DNA from: Octopus sinensis
Taxonomy: Eukaryota
Assembly: GCF_006345805.1 (NCBI RefSeq)
Contig: NC_042997.1
Span: 152,024,001 to 152,088,000 of the forward strand
Direction of reading: 5' to 3'
Length of the DNA: 64,000 bases
The position numbers and the translations under genes are program-made. The notes under the pieces are model-generated. The model searched no databases. It was not told the origin of the DNA and saw only the letters and a list, made by a program, of their open reading frames with translations. Of this stretch, positions 1 through 12,411 are shown piece by piece (positions within the stretch are counted from its first letter, which is position 1; every line of letters begins with the position of its first letter).

Positions 1-426
1 CGTGACGAAAAATACTCCTCCAGTACTGTTCTGACCTCGTTTACAGATTTCATATTTTTTCCGTCCAAATGATTTTGAAGACTGCGGAATAAATGATAAT
101 CAGATGGGACAATGTCCGTTGAATATGGTGGGTGATGCATAGTTTCCCATTCAAGCTGCTCCAGCCTTTGGAATGCCATCCTTGCTGTATGAGGCTGATG
201 GAAGAACAACTTAAGCCGTTCAAGCTGCTCGTAGTAGGTCTTCTTTGTTATCGTTTAGTTTGGATTTAAAAGTTCAGTGTGGACTAAACCTTTCATTTCC
301 CACGAAACAGATAACAACATTTTACGTGGGTGGTGCTTTTATAGAAATTTGATGCAGGTAGGTTATCTCCTCCGACTTTTAGTTCATGCAATTGAAAAAC
401 CGCATTATTTATGCGGTGACCCGACA
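1..426 (-). mobile_element. Mariner (Tc1/mariner DD34D) internally deleted relic with terminal inverted repeat
   Basis: Manual minus-strand translation gives ...HPRKMLLSVSWEMKGLVHTELLNPN... and ...PHTARMAFQRLEQLEWETMHHPPYSTDIVPSDYHLFRSLQNHLDGKKY..., matching the mariner HPPYSPDLAPSDYHLF motif. TIR-like end at 396-426 is followed by TA. Confidence 0.85.
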
Positions 427-1849
427 TATGTATGTATGTCTATATATATATAGTGGTCTTGCTAACCTGTACTTTCGCTTCTATGCTCATGGGTCTTCGG
501 GCAAGTTATCACTATTTTATGATATTGATTACTCTTCCCTCTGCCAGTTAACACCGAACGTGTGCATGTATCTGTGTGTGTGTATGAGAGAGAGAAGAAT
601 ATCCGAATATTTCTTGAGAGCAATATCGACTTCACTCGAGGAATAACATCATGAAGCGATAGTGGTTTCAGCTTTTGTGCAGCTTAGTTATTACTCTCCG
701 AAGATAGCTGAACTCGAATTTGTATATTGTCTTGTATACATCCAGGTCTTGATTTGTTCAACTAGAGGTATTAGTTATCTAAGAAACCTGTCTGTAATCA
801 TTCAAAGTGTTAAAAATAGCAGCCAAATTTCTCTCAAAGCCCAATTTTACTGTTTCGCAATGGCTTAGGAGAATTTAGATTACCTAATCCAACATACTAG
901 GAAAATGGCGCAATTACAACGGTTGAAACTATTTTCATCATAGGTCTACCCGAGCAAAAAAACAAATACCACAACTACTGCCATCACAATCATCATCACC
1001 AACATCAACAACATATAAGAAGCCAACGATGGAACCGTTGTGTAGTCGCATATTCTGTGAGCAATAGCAGCCGATTTCCCTCAAATTTCACCTTATTGTC
1101 ATGGTATAATGTAGTCTTACATACACTATGCTTGAAAAAAAAATCTGTTTTACATTAATTTTATTTGATTTTGTTTTTGTTTATGCTTTTTTTTTTCTGG
1201 TCTGTAATGTCTTTCATCAAAGGTCTGTTGAACCAAGCCTGACCTGAGGCTAAACAACAACGGCCACCATTAAAATTATAGAACTCAACATGTTTCGCAG
1301 TATTAGATTGATATTTCTATCGGCTATAGCGTATTTATACTAAATTCAAATATAGTAAAAATGTATTAACAAACCTAAAAATAGTCTTTTGTTACAGAAA
1401 TAACTTTGGACTCATTGAATTCTTGTTTCGTTTATTTGTTTTTTATGTGCATTTGTGTATCTGTGATGTTTATTTTTTGTTCATTTTTATATACATATTT
1501 TATTCATCTTACTTTTATATGTTGACTATGCAAGCAACGGATTCACCTTTTGTTAAACATATTAATTTTAACTCTAATGTTAAACATTATACCAAAGGTG
1601 GAGATGTCCGTGTATATGAGATTATTTCTGTGCATGTGTATGTGTGCGTGTGTACGAGTGTATATAGATGTGTACACGTTCTAGCATGTTTCAGTGTGTG
1701 TAAGTATTTTGTGCTTGAAAATTTTCAGACTGTGTATGAAAGAGTATTTCAGTGAATGTTTAAATGTCTTTATGTGTTCAAGTGTGGGTTGTATGTATGA
1801 ATACATGTATTGAAATGTCCTTTATATTACATTTGTGTGTCTGTGTTGT

Positions 1850-1982
1850 GTAGGTGAGTGTAAATATATATAAGCATGTGTATGTATTTGTGTGTATGTA
1901 TGCATTTGCATGTATGTTTCTATGTATATATACATATGTTTATATATATATATATGTGTGTATATGTATATGTACATATATA

Positions 1983-2019
<37 letters not shown>

Positions 2020-2134
2020 GTATGTATGCATTTATGTATATGTGTCTGTATATATGTATATATATATATATGTGTGGGTATGTGTATATATATATTTATA
2101 TGTGTGTATATATATGTGTATATATATATATTGT

Positions 2135-2165
<31 letters not shown>

Positions 2166-3243
2166 TATATATATATATATGTGTATATATAAGAGGAGGC
2201 AATTATATGTGCCGGGATGTGACTATGTTCAAGTGCGCGTGTGTATCCTATATATTGAAGTGAATAAGAATGTATTTTCCCTCCATGTGTAAGAATGTAT
2301 GTAATACTTTGAGTATGTTTATGTGTCCCTGTTTGTATATGTGCATTTGTGTGAGGGCGGCGGCCATAGAAAGACAGTGAATTAGCTTGTACATACTTAT
2401 GTATCAGTGTGTGATTATGGACGCTCGAATCCTTTCGGGTGTGGCTAGTTTTATGTGTGTGGCTGTTTGTGTGTGTGTGTATGTGTGTGTGTAGGCGTGT
2501 GCGCGTCCAATTGCCTGTATATTTGTGTTTTCTGTCTTCATTTCGGCATATGTGTATGTCTCGCACTGTATGTAATATGATGTATGTATGCGTGTATGCG
2601 TTTGAGTTTGTGTCTGAACAAGTGCGTGGATATCAGATGGTTTTAGGTGTATATAACAATATGTATGTAAGGATGTGCATATATATGTATGTGTGTGTGT
2701 GAGTATGTGTGTATGTGTATATTTGTATGTGTACATTTATAATATATAAGATATATATATATATATACTACATATAAATATATATATATATATGTATATA
2801 TATTTAATACATAGGATATATATATCTATATGTATATATGTATGCATATATGTATATGTCTTCGTGTATGTACTATACATACCTATATATATATATATCT
2901 GTTTGTGTGTGTATGTGTGTGAGTGTGTATATATGTGGGTGTGTATGTGCGTTTGTGTATGTGTTTCTATGTCTGTGTTTACTTCGAATGCTTCGATGTG
3001 CGTGTATCTAGCTATATGTGCATGTGTTTATCAACGTGTGCGGGTGAGAAAGAGACAGACAGACAGACAGACAGACAGGCAAGCAGACATACAGAGACAG
3101 AGTATGTGTTTGCGTGCGCGTACGTGGGTGCAGGTAGATATGTAAGTGCTCGTATTTTAAATCTGAATTTGTGCGCAAGTTTGTATGTTAGTGTGGAAGA
3201 GAGAGAGAAAGAGACAGAGACAGACAGACAGATACAGACAGAG

Positions 3244-3282
<39 letters not shown>

Positions 3283-3379
3283 AAAAGAGAATGTGCGTGT
3301 AAAGAATGAAAGAAAGAATGTATGTGTAAAGAATGAAAGAAAGAAAGAAAGAAAAAGAGAATGTGTGCGTATATGTTCG

Positions 3380-3417
<38 letters not shown>

Positions 3418-4203
3418 AAATATGTGCAAGTATGATAGAGATTGCATGCCTGATCCTGTATTGGTTAGTGTGCATGTCATCAGGTGTCTCTACATGTGTG
3501 TGTCTGTGTGTGTGTGAGTGATTTTGTAATTGTGTGTGCGTGTGAGTGCGTGTGAATAATTGTGTGCGTGTGCGTGTGTGAGTGCATGTTTGAGTGATTG
3601 TGTGTATGTATGAGTGTGCATGAGTGATTGTGTGTGTGTGCGTGTGAGTGCGTGTGAGTGATTGTGTGTGTGAGTGTGAGTGCGTGTGAGCGATTGTGTG
3701 TGTGAGCTATTGTGTGTGTGAGTATGTGAGTGTGAGTGATTGAGTAATTGTGTGTGCGTGTGAATAATTGTGTGCGTGTGCGTGTGTGAGTGCATGTTTG
3801 AGTGATTGTGTGTATGTATGAGTGTGCACGAGTGATAGTGTGTGTGCGTGTGAGTGCGTGTGAGTGATTGTGTGTGTGAGTGTGAGTGCGTGTGAGTGAT
3901 TGTGTGTGTGAGTGTGTGTGTGAGTGATTGTGTAATTGTGTGTGCGTGTGAATAATTGTGTGCGTGTGCGTGTGTGAGTGCATGTTTGAGTGATTGTGTG
4001 TATGTATGAGTGTGCACAAGTGATTGTGTGTGTGTGAGAGAGAGAGAGAGTGACTGTGTGTGTGTGTGTGTTTGTGAGTGAGACAGAGAGTGAATGTACA
4101 TGTATGCATGTGCATGCCTATATGTGTATTTGTTTTGATGTGTGCGTATAAACCTGTGCGTTGAAATTTGTGATTATTTTCATGCATGTATGTATATGTG
4201 TTG

Positions 4204-4260
<57 letters not shown>

Positions 4261-4265
4261 ATATA
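1850..4265. repeat. Compound microsatellite field: (TA)n, (TG)n, (GACA)n, (GAAA)n and a GT-rich internally duplicated minisatellite at about 3490-4075
   Basis: Direct reading. It accounts for all poly-YI/HT/CV ORFs in the track here. Confidence 0.9.
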
Positions 4266-4568
4266 TATATTATATATGACTGGACGTTTGATTTCAAATG
4301 CATATTCATGTGTGTAAGTTTATAGTGAATAGCTTTTGTGGCTGTACGCATGTTGTGTGCGTGTACATGTTGTATCAGTTTGTGTGTGTGTATGTGTGTG
4401 CGCGTGTGTATATGTGTGTGTTTGCTTGCATGTGGTGAGCTGCTGTGTTAAAACCAATTCTCGTATTCAATAAAAGATAAAAGCTTGTCAAAACTTAAAG
4501 CTACACACAAAACAAAAAAAATTCTCTGCGATGACATCCAAAGGATTCGTGATAAACCACAAAGCGCT

Positions 4569-4569
4569 G

Positions 4570-4636
<67 letters not shown>

Positions 4637-4849
4637 TAATAATAATAATAATAATGATGATGATGATGATAATGACAATAACAACAACAACAATAATAAT
4701 AATAATAATAACAATAATAATAATAATAATAATAAAAATAATAATAATAATAATGATGATGATGATGGCAATAGCAAAAATAATATAACTAATGATAATG
4801 GCATAATAATAATGATAACTTTAATTGTTATTATTATCATTACTACTAT

Positions 4850-4893
<44 letters not shown>
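4569..4893. repeat. Trinucleotide microsatellite block (AAT)n/(GAT)n/(AAC)n/(ACT)n
   Basis: Direct reading. Confidence 0.95.
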
Positions 4894-5950
4894 ACTATCA
4901 TAGGATTGTGTCTCCTTGTGTGTATATGTCTGATTTTATTGCTAGTGCGTACACAAATATGCACAAGAGTCCATGCTTCCGTGTGTGTGTATGTATGTAT
5001 GTCCATGTGTTCGTATGTCATTAAATGATTGTGTGTGTTTGTGTTTAACACTAATTTTACGCTTCATGATGTGTGTATCGCAAGAAACATATATTTGATG
5101 TTGATGTTGTTGTTGTTGTTGTTTTGACGCTGTCCCCGTGTGTGTATGTATATGCATGTGTGCATACGTGAACTTGTATTGGTCTCCATGTATGTGTCTT
5201 CGTCTATATGTAAATCACCTTCCATTTGTGAATTGCTCGGATGAAGTGCTTGTGCACACGTGCTAATCTCTGCATGTATATATGTGTGCATGGGCGAATA
5301 TGTATAAGTGCTGTCCTGAAAATTGCAACACTTGTAAGGAATGTGAATGTGTGCGCATATGCCTAAAACTATGTGCAATAACACATAAATATGATCATGA
5401 ATGCATGCTTTTTCTTTTTGTAAGATGCATGTGTTATCGAGTAAAATGAACGGTACTGTCTGAACAGATAACTCTATACATTAAAAGAGATAACTCGACA
5501 CACTAACAGTATTAGTTAATATTAGATATCTTCTACAGAATTACTACTGAGTGTCTGTACAAAAATTATCATCGAAGCAAGTAATATTTTATTTAGAATT
5601 ATTCTATAGAGCTTAATACAAAATATCATCTGAAAACCAAATCTAAAATTTATACTGAAATCTTTAACTAGTATCAAATATATGATGATGTAGCAGTATC
5701 TTCTTTAAAATTCCTTATCATGCATAGCATGCAAGGTGGGATAGTTTGGTATACCAACTAAAATGTAGAATTAGATCATTCATGCAATGGATGATAACAT
5801 ACACGATGCAAAATATCTCATTGACGATGGTACAATTAACTCAAATATCCAACGACAAAATTATTATTAATGATTTGAGTTGCAAAATTCATTTAAATGG
5901 AATTGAGAGACGGAAACACTACAGAAGCTTGTCGTGCGTGTGTATGTATG

Positions 5951-6044
<94 letters not shown>

Positions 6045-6100
6045 TAAAGATATATATATGTATGCATGTGTGTATATATATATGTGTGCATATATATGTG

Positions 6101-6155
<55 letters not shown>

Positions 6156-6156
<1 letters not shown>

Positions 6157-6256
6157 AGTCTTTTACGTTTCGAGCCTACGCTCTTCACAGAAAAATACAC
6201 AGAAAAAAAACAAGGAGAGAAAAAATGCGTGTAGAAGCTAACGATCTACCATGGCG
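6156..6256 (-). mobile_element. Short dispersed element carrying a minimal hammerhead-like motif (family H2), 3'-truncated by (TA)n
   Basis: Reverse complement cgccatggtagatcgttagc...ctgtgaagagcgtaggctcgaaacgtaaaagactt aligns with the copies at 12411-12599 and 45606-45790. Confidence 0.75.
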
Positions 6257-7494
6257 TCTGACTTCGGACACAGAATGGTCAGACGCGAGAGGGGACAGTA
6301 GGGGAGATAACAAGGTCAAGAGAACACATATATATATATATATATATATAGGATCAACTATATATTTTAACCAGAGATATGCAGTACATCTCAATTCTTT
6401 TAGATACGAGAATCACAGTAAACCGATAATTCTCGCCAGTCACATGCATCATCTTAAAATAGGAATATTCTATATCATTTATCAAGTTCCATAATATATT
6501 CAGGGCTTCCTTACTGTGGTCAACGATCAGCTTGTAAGTTATGTTTGAAAGAGTCATTCCACATATTAAAACATAACTTTTCAATACCACTAAATAAGTA
6601 TAATGAGGCACTAGGTATATGCAACCACGACTTTTTTCATACCTTCAAATTTTACAACAGATCTAAATGCAACCTAAATCATTACATAGCACATATATCG
6701 AATAACTCATAGGTAAACTCCAACAACCTTATTTGGCTTTCCAATTTCTTAATTTGAAAAAATAATTTTGTTTAATAATATATACATACATGTATGAGTA
6801 TGTGTATGGATGCATACGTATACGTATATGTGTGAGTATGTGGTCCTATGTAATAGTGCATATATAGATTTATATGTATGCGTGTGCGCGTGCACATATA
6901 ACTATACATATTCTCCTTTCTCTCACTGATTTATCAGTCCCCACTATCACTTTAGCTAGTACAATCTCTGACTTTATATAAAAATAGACTACGTCTATTT
7001 TTCGAAACTTGACCGTTATATTTTCTTATTCTTTCTTTCCATTTTGAGTTTTACTACTAACTTTTAAACCCCTCCGTAACACATTCTTTATCTATCCCTC
7101 CACCTTTTTGCTTTCATACATATCACCCCAACTTCCACCTCTCACACATATTCTTTCTTTACATTCTTAGCTCTTCCTTCTATCCCTCCTCCTATTTCTT
7201 CTATCTATTTATATCTCTCCTCCCCTCACCCTCTCGGAATATACTGACTACCATCTAGCACTCCTTTTTCATTTTCACTTCCCCTTTCTTTCTTTCCTTC
7301 TTCTTTGCTCCCCCAATCCTTTTGACCAATACTATTTTCTTCCTCCTAACTCTATTTTCTCTATCTAATTCCCCCTACCAGTATATTCTTAAAATGTCAT
7401 TTACACTACAAGATCCCTTCGTATAAACAGCACATGGAATTAATACCTGCACACTATCCATTTGTAATTATAAAATATGAACTATCGAAATTTA

Positions 7495-7860
7495 CATACC
7501 ATGGACAAGAAGCCTTGCTTCCCAACCTCATGGTTCTGGATTCAGTCCCAATGGGTGGCTTCTTGGCAAGCCTCAGGTCAACCAAAATCCTTGAGAGTGG
7601 AATTGGTAGACGGAAACGGAAAGAAGCTCATCGTATATATGTGTCTTTTCGTGTCTATGTTTGTCGCCCTATTACTGCTTGACAACCGGTGCAGATATTT
7701 TACGTTCCCATCACTTAGCGGTTTGACAAAAAGGCCTGATAAAATCAGTACTAGGCTTAATATTAATAGTCTTCGGGTCGATTTGTTCGACTTAAAGCCC
7801 TTCAAGGTGGTGATCCAGTATGGTCGTAGTGAAATGAATGAAAGAAGTAAAAAACCAAAA
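7495..7860 (+). mobile_element. tRNA-derived SINE (family S1, bipartite with internal TA/TG spacer)
   Basis: Head ggacaagaagccttgcttcccaacc...ggattcagtccca and tail ...tcgatttgttcgac...aagtaaaa. Homologous to 51555-51915 (-) and to tails at 10955-11165, 13440-13505 and 20180-20245. Confidence 0.75.
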
Positions 7861-7882
7861 GAATATATATGTATATATATAC

Positions 7883-8184
7883 GTAACCGTGTCCAACCAG
7901 GCTATCAGATGTTGCTACACAACGCTGGTCACAATGTGCTTCACATTGTTTTAGCCTTCATATGTTGCCACTCCGCTGTTTAAGCGAGCAGGCCAACAGA
8001 AGAAAGAGTGAGAGAAAGTTGTGGCGAAAGATACAGAGGGGATCGCCATCACCCCCTGCTGGAGCCTCGTGGAGCTTTAGGTGTTTTCGCTCAATAAACA
8101 CTCACAATGCCCAGTCTGGGAATCGAAAGCGCGATCCTACGACCATGAGTCCGCTGCCCTAACTACTGGGCCATTGAGCCTCTC
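7883..8184 (-). mobile_element. tRNA-derived SINE (family S2)
   Basis: Minus-strand head gaggctcaatggcccagtagttagggcagcggactc...ttcgattccc has A/B-box-like motifs. Near-identical copy at 45268-45570, partial copy at 43300-43498. Confidence 0.85.
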
Positions 8185-8203
8185 ACACACACACACACAC
8201 ACC

Positions 8204-8247
<44 letters not shown>

Positions 8248-8257
8248 TTTTATAGAA

Positions 8258-8311
8258 GGAGCTTCTACAGGACTAGAACTGTTTCATTCAAAGAAATCAT
8301 CAGGAAGCTCC
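8258..8311 (-). ncRNA. Type I hammerhead ribozyme motif (family H1)
   Basis: Minus strand reads GGAGCUUC-CUGAUGA-uuuc uuu gaau-GAAAC AG-uucuaguc-CUG UA|GAAGCUCC. Stem I is 8 bp, stem III is 4 bp (ACAG/CUGU), core is canonical, GUA cleavage triplet with cut between 8266 and 8265. Stem II is short with a U.U closing pair. Confidence 0.75.
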
Positions 8312-8357
8312 TGATGATTTCTTTTGAATAAAACAGTTCTAGTCCTGTAGAAGCTCC
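8305..8357 (+). ncRNA. Hammerhead motif H1, probably inactive copy
   Basis: CUGAUGA...AAAAC instead of GAAAC (G12 to A) and a 1-nt deletion in the 5' strand of stem I. Confidence 0.6.
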
Positions 8358-8478
8358 TTCTATAAAATAAATTAATTTACTCTGCTATGTATTGAGTACC
8401 TTATTTACTGTGGTTAACCCCGACTCAACCCGGAACTCATATATATATAATATAAATATATATATATATAAATATTAC

Positions 8479-8514
<36 letters not shown>

Positions 8515-8552
8515 ATTATATGTATATATATAATATTAATTTATATAGAAGG

Positions 8553-8603
8553 AGCTTCTACAGGACTAGAACTGTTTCATTCAAGAGAAATCTTCAGGAA
8601 GCT
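8553..8603 (-). ncRNA. Type I hammerhead ribozyme motif (family H1)
   Basis: AGCUUC-CUGAAGA-uuuc ucuu gaau-GAAAC AG uucuaguc CUG UA|GAAGCU, with 6-bp stem I. Confidence 0.75.
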
Positions 8604-9118
8604 AGTTAACAAGAATTGTATTGGCATTTATACATTTAGGCAGGTTTAACGGGGTGTTGGTGGGGGACTTTTCTGGGGGTAGGCATAGCGTAAAATATCA
8701 TACTTGGGGGAGTGGTCAAGGAGTCAGTGTTAAATTAGATAGAAGAATAAATAAAAATATAAAAAAAATAAAATAAAAAACCTATATATAAAAAAAACCT
8801 ATATATATATAGGTTTTTTTTATATATAGGTTTTTTATTTTATTTTTTTAATCTTTTTATTTATTCTTCTATCTAATTTAACACTGACTCCTTGACCACT
8901 CCCCCAAGTATGATATTTTACGCTATGCCTACCCCCAGAAAAGTCCCCCACCAACACCCCGTTAAACCTGCCTAAATGTATAAATGCCAATACAATTCTT
9001 GTTAACTAGCTTCCTGAAGTATGATATTTTACGCTATGCCTACCCCCCAAAAAGTCCCCCACCAACACCCCGTTAAACCTGCCTAAATGTATAAATGCCA
9101 ATACAATTCTTGTTAACT

Positions 9119-9169
9119 AGCTTCCTGAAGATTTCTCTTGAATGAAACAGTTCTAGTCCTGTAGAAGCT
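9119..9169 (+). ncRNA. Type I hammerhead ribozyme motif (family H1)
   Basis: agcttc 9119-9124, CTGAAGA 9125-9131, GAAAC 9144-9148, stem III ACAG/CTGT, GTA with predicted cleavage after 9163, gaagct 9164-9169. Confidence 0.75.
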
Positions 9170-9249
9170 CCTTCTATAATAAATAATTTTACTCTGCTAT
9201 GTATTGAGTACCTTATTTCCTGTGGTTAACCCCGAATCAACCCGGGACC

Positions 9250-9300
<51 letters not shown>

Positions 9301-9352
9301 ATATATATATTATATATATATATATATACATGTATCTATATAATGTATATTA

Positions 9353-9451
9353 TATCATAAATATCTACTTACTTACTCGTGCGTTACCTCTACATATATA
9401 TCTATATATCTATCTATCTATCTATATATATATATTATATATATATATATA

Positions 9452-9504
<53 letters not shown>

Positions 9505-9536
9505 CATATATATACATATAGATATATGTATGTATA

Positions 9537-9584
<48 letters not shown>

Positions 9585-9631
9585 CATACATATATAATAT
9601 GTATATTATAGTTATATATACATATATATAT

Positions 9632-9681
<50 letters not shown>

Positions 9682-9754
9682 ATAGATAGATAGATAGATA
9701 GATATATAGATATATATGTAGAGGTAACGCACGAGTAAGTAGATATTTATGATA
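9353..9754. repeat. ~400-bp palindrome with unique outer arms and mirrored microsatellites around a (TA)n core
   Basis: tatcataaatatctactt(actt)actcgtgcgttacctctacatatatatctatatatctatctatc...(CA)n is the reverse complement of (TG)n...gatagatagatatatagatatatatgtagaggtaacgcacgagtaagtagatatttatgata. Confidence 0.9.
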
Positions 9755-10285
9755 AAGACGGACGAAAATGCTACTGTTTTAGAATTAGGAACATTTTAAT
9801 TTCTTTGTATAAATACTTAAAAAAACTGTTTTTGCTTTACATGTTTCGGTGGTTTATAAACCTTATCAAAAATATGTACTTAAATAAAATACATAGAGAA
9901 AAATAATTATTAATAAAATTATTAATAAAACAAACGTTCATAATGTACTTTTCATTTTCCTGCAAGAGCAAGTGGTAATTTTCAGTAATTTACGTGGCAT
10001 TGCTAGTAGCAACTTCTACTGCTGTCTAAAGTTGCTACAAGCAGTGCCACGAAAATTAATGGAAGTTACCCCCTGCTCCTGCAGGAAAAGGAAAGGACGC
10101 TATGAACGTTTATTTTATTAATAATTTCTTTTTCTCTCTATATTTCATTTAAGTACATATTTTTGATAAGGTTTATAAACAACCGAAGCATATAAAACAA
10201 AAGAGTCTTTTTATGTATTTACATAAAGAAATTTAAATGCACGTAACTTTAAAAAAAATAGCATGTTCATACTTCTTTTCCATAT
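9717..10285. mobile_element. Palindromic (fold-back) MITE-like element, centre about 10020
   Basis: Long imperfect arms, e.g. tttataaaccttatcaaaaatatgtacttaaat / atttaagtacatatttttgataaggtttataaa and cgtggcattgct..gtagcaactt / aagttgctac..agcagtgccacg. Confidence 0.75.
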
Positions 10286-10327
10286 ATATATATATATAAT
10301 ATATATATATATATATAATTTATTATG

Positions 10328-10362
<35 letters not shown>

Positions 10363-10381
10363 GTATGTATATATATATATA

Positions 10382-10435
<54 letters not shown>

Positions 10436-10507
10436 TATAATACATATATATATATATGTGTGTATATATATATATGTATATAATATATATATTATATATA
10501 TATATTA

Positions 10508-10553
<46 letters not shown>

Positions 10554-10611
10554 TGTGTGTATGTGTGTATATATATATACATATATATAACAAAGTGAAG
10601 TCGTAAGATAC

Positions 10612-10690
10612 CGCACGAGTGGAAATATATGAAAGAAGGTTTGAAAATGCACCTTTTAAAATTGCGTTTTCAAACCTTGTTTCATATATA
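10612..10690. mobile_element. Short hairpin derivative of the same MITE family
   Basis: cgcacgagt...tatgaaagaaggtttgaaaatgca-loop-tgcgttttcaaaccttgtttcata. The start resembles 9728-9774. Confidence 0.6.
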
Positions 10691-10757
10691 CATATATATG
10701 TTGATATATATATACACAATATATATATATAATATAATATAATATATGTATATATAT

Positions 10758-10835
<78 letters not shown>

Positions 10836-12374
10836 TATTATATATATATATATACATACATATATTATATATATACATACATATATATATATATATACAT
10901 ATATATATACACACACGACACATACATACATACATACATACATACACATCTTACTGTCTGACAACCAGTCTTGTTTTACTTACGCTGCAATAAGTGACGG
11001 AAACACAATACAAGAGTCTCTGTAACTTACTGGTCCGGCACAGAGTTTGCTAGAATAGAAACAAAACGTCAAAATAAGTATTAGGGTCGATTTAATTTAC
11101 CAAACCCGTCAAGGGATTTTCAAATATAGTCCTACTCCATTGACTGAATACAGTAAAAGAGTAAAATAGCTTTACATAAATGTTCTAATTTCTTGATATC
11201 TCATTTAAAGTTACAAGAAGTCGGAAATGATATTATAGGATTATTGATAATATACTGTTCAAAAAAAGAACTCTTACATCTTTCATAAAATTAATGATAA
11301 AATAATTGTAATATTATCTTGTGCCACTTATAATGACATGAAATACAAGAATTCACATGTAAATGTTCGATATTTTCTATAGAATTGGTTGTAATCTTAT
11401 ATGAGCCGTACTGTTTGGAACTAGAAATCTTATTACGAAAAACCAGTAAAGCCAAACAGCAACAACATTTCTGGAAGAATTACTGATATCTCGTGCAGAA
11501 TTTATAACAAGATATAATGTTAAAAGAGCATTGTGTAGAATATCTTCTGATAATGCACAATACAAATGAAACCCGTGATAGCTCGTGTAGAATGATTATC
11601 AAGTAGAATTGCTGATGCTTTATAATGAATATATTATAACACATAACCACAATGTACCAGATTCAATCTATTGTAAATTTTGTAGGATTGATAATGATAG
11701 TAACAAAAATATCATAGCGATTTAAAGATACACAGCAAAATCAAAGATAGCGTAACAAAAAATATAATGGGAAAATCGTGCTAATCTCTGTAGAATTAGT
11801 GATAACCCATAATGCGCAATATATTTTGAGATATGAGTGATAATGTGCACTGTCGAAAATATCATCTTGCCGTATTATATATTTTCTTAAGATTTCAAGA
11901 TCAAAACATAAAATCAAAATTGAACTTACAACTCATATATGATTTGTGCATGTGTTAAACATGCAACACTCATATCGTGTCGTATTACTGATATTTCCTT
12001 TAAAATTACTATCATTTATGTATTGTTATCGTCTATAAATTTGCTATCAGGTAAAATTTGTAATATCTTCTATAAGACTGTGGAGAAACAGGCAATACAA
12101 TATATCGACTTTATTAAGTTGTATCACCCTCAAAATTTGTGATCATACACATAGACATAATTATAATCTAACATTTATAAAACGAGACACAGTTATGGCA
12201 TAGGCAAACAATACGGATCTTAGAATGATATCCCTATGCAGATCTCAGCTAATTCGGCATACTAAATGTTATGAAGAATGCGAGATACCATTTATAGAAT
12301 TAATAGCACAGACAACGAAGATATGGCGAAAATCTGACTACTAGCGTGAAGCGAAGCGATATTTGTAGTAATAT

Positions 12375-12410
<36 letters not shown>

Positions 12411-12411
<1 letters not shown>

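Larger units (their letters stand above)
8243..8372. repeat. Near-perfect ~62-bp-arm hairpin made of two inverted hammerhead copies, centre at 8307
   Basis: atttattttatagaaggagcttctacagg...tcatcagga-agc-tcctgatga...cctgtagaagctccttctataaaataaat. Confidence 0.95.
8545..9248. mobile_element. Penelope-like pseudo-LTR copies in head-to-head palindrome (centre 8805/8806) with a partial tandem duplication
   Basis: 8545-8805 is the reverse complement of 8806-9019 plus 9128-9177. A ~111-bp segment is duplicated (8906-9016 and 9017-9128). Each complete arm ends in a hammerhead. The PLE assignment is inferred from the known association of hammerheads with PLE LTRs. Confidence 0.6.
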
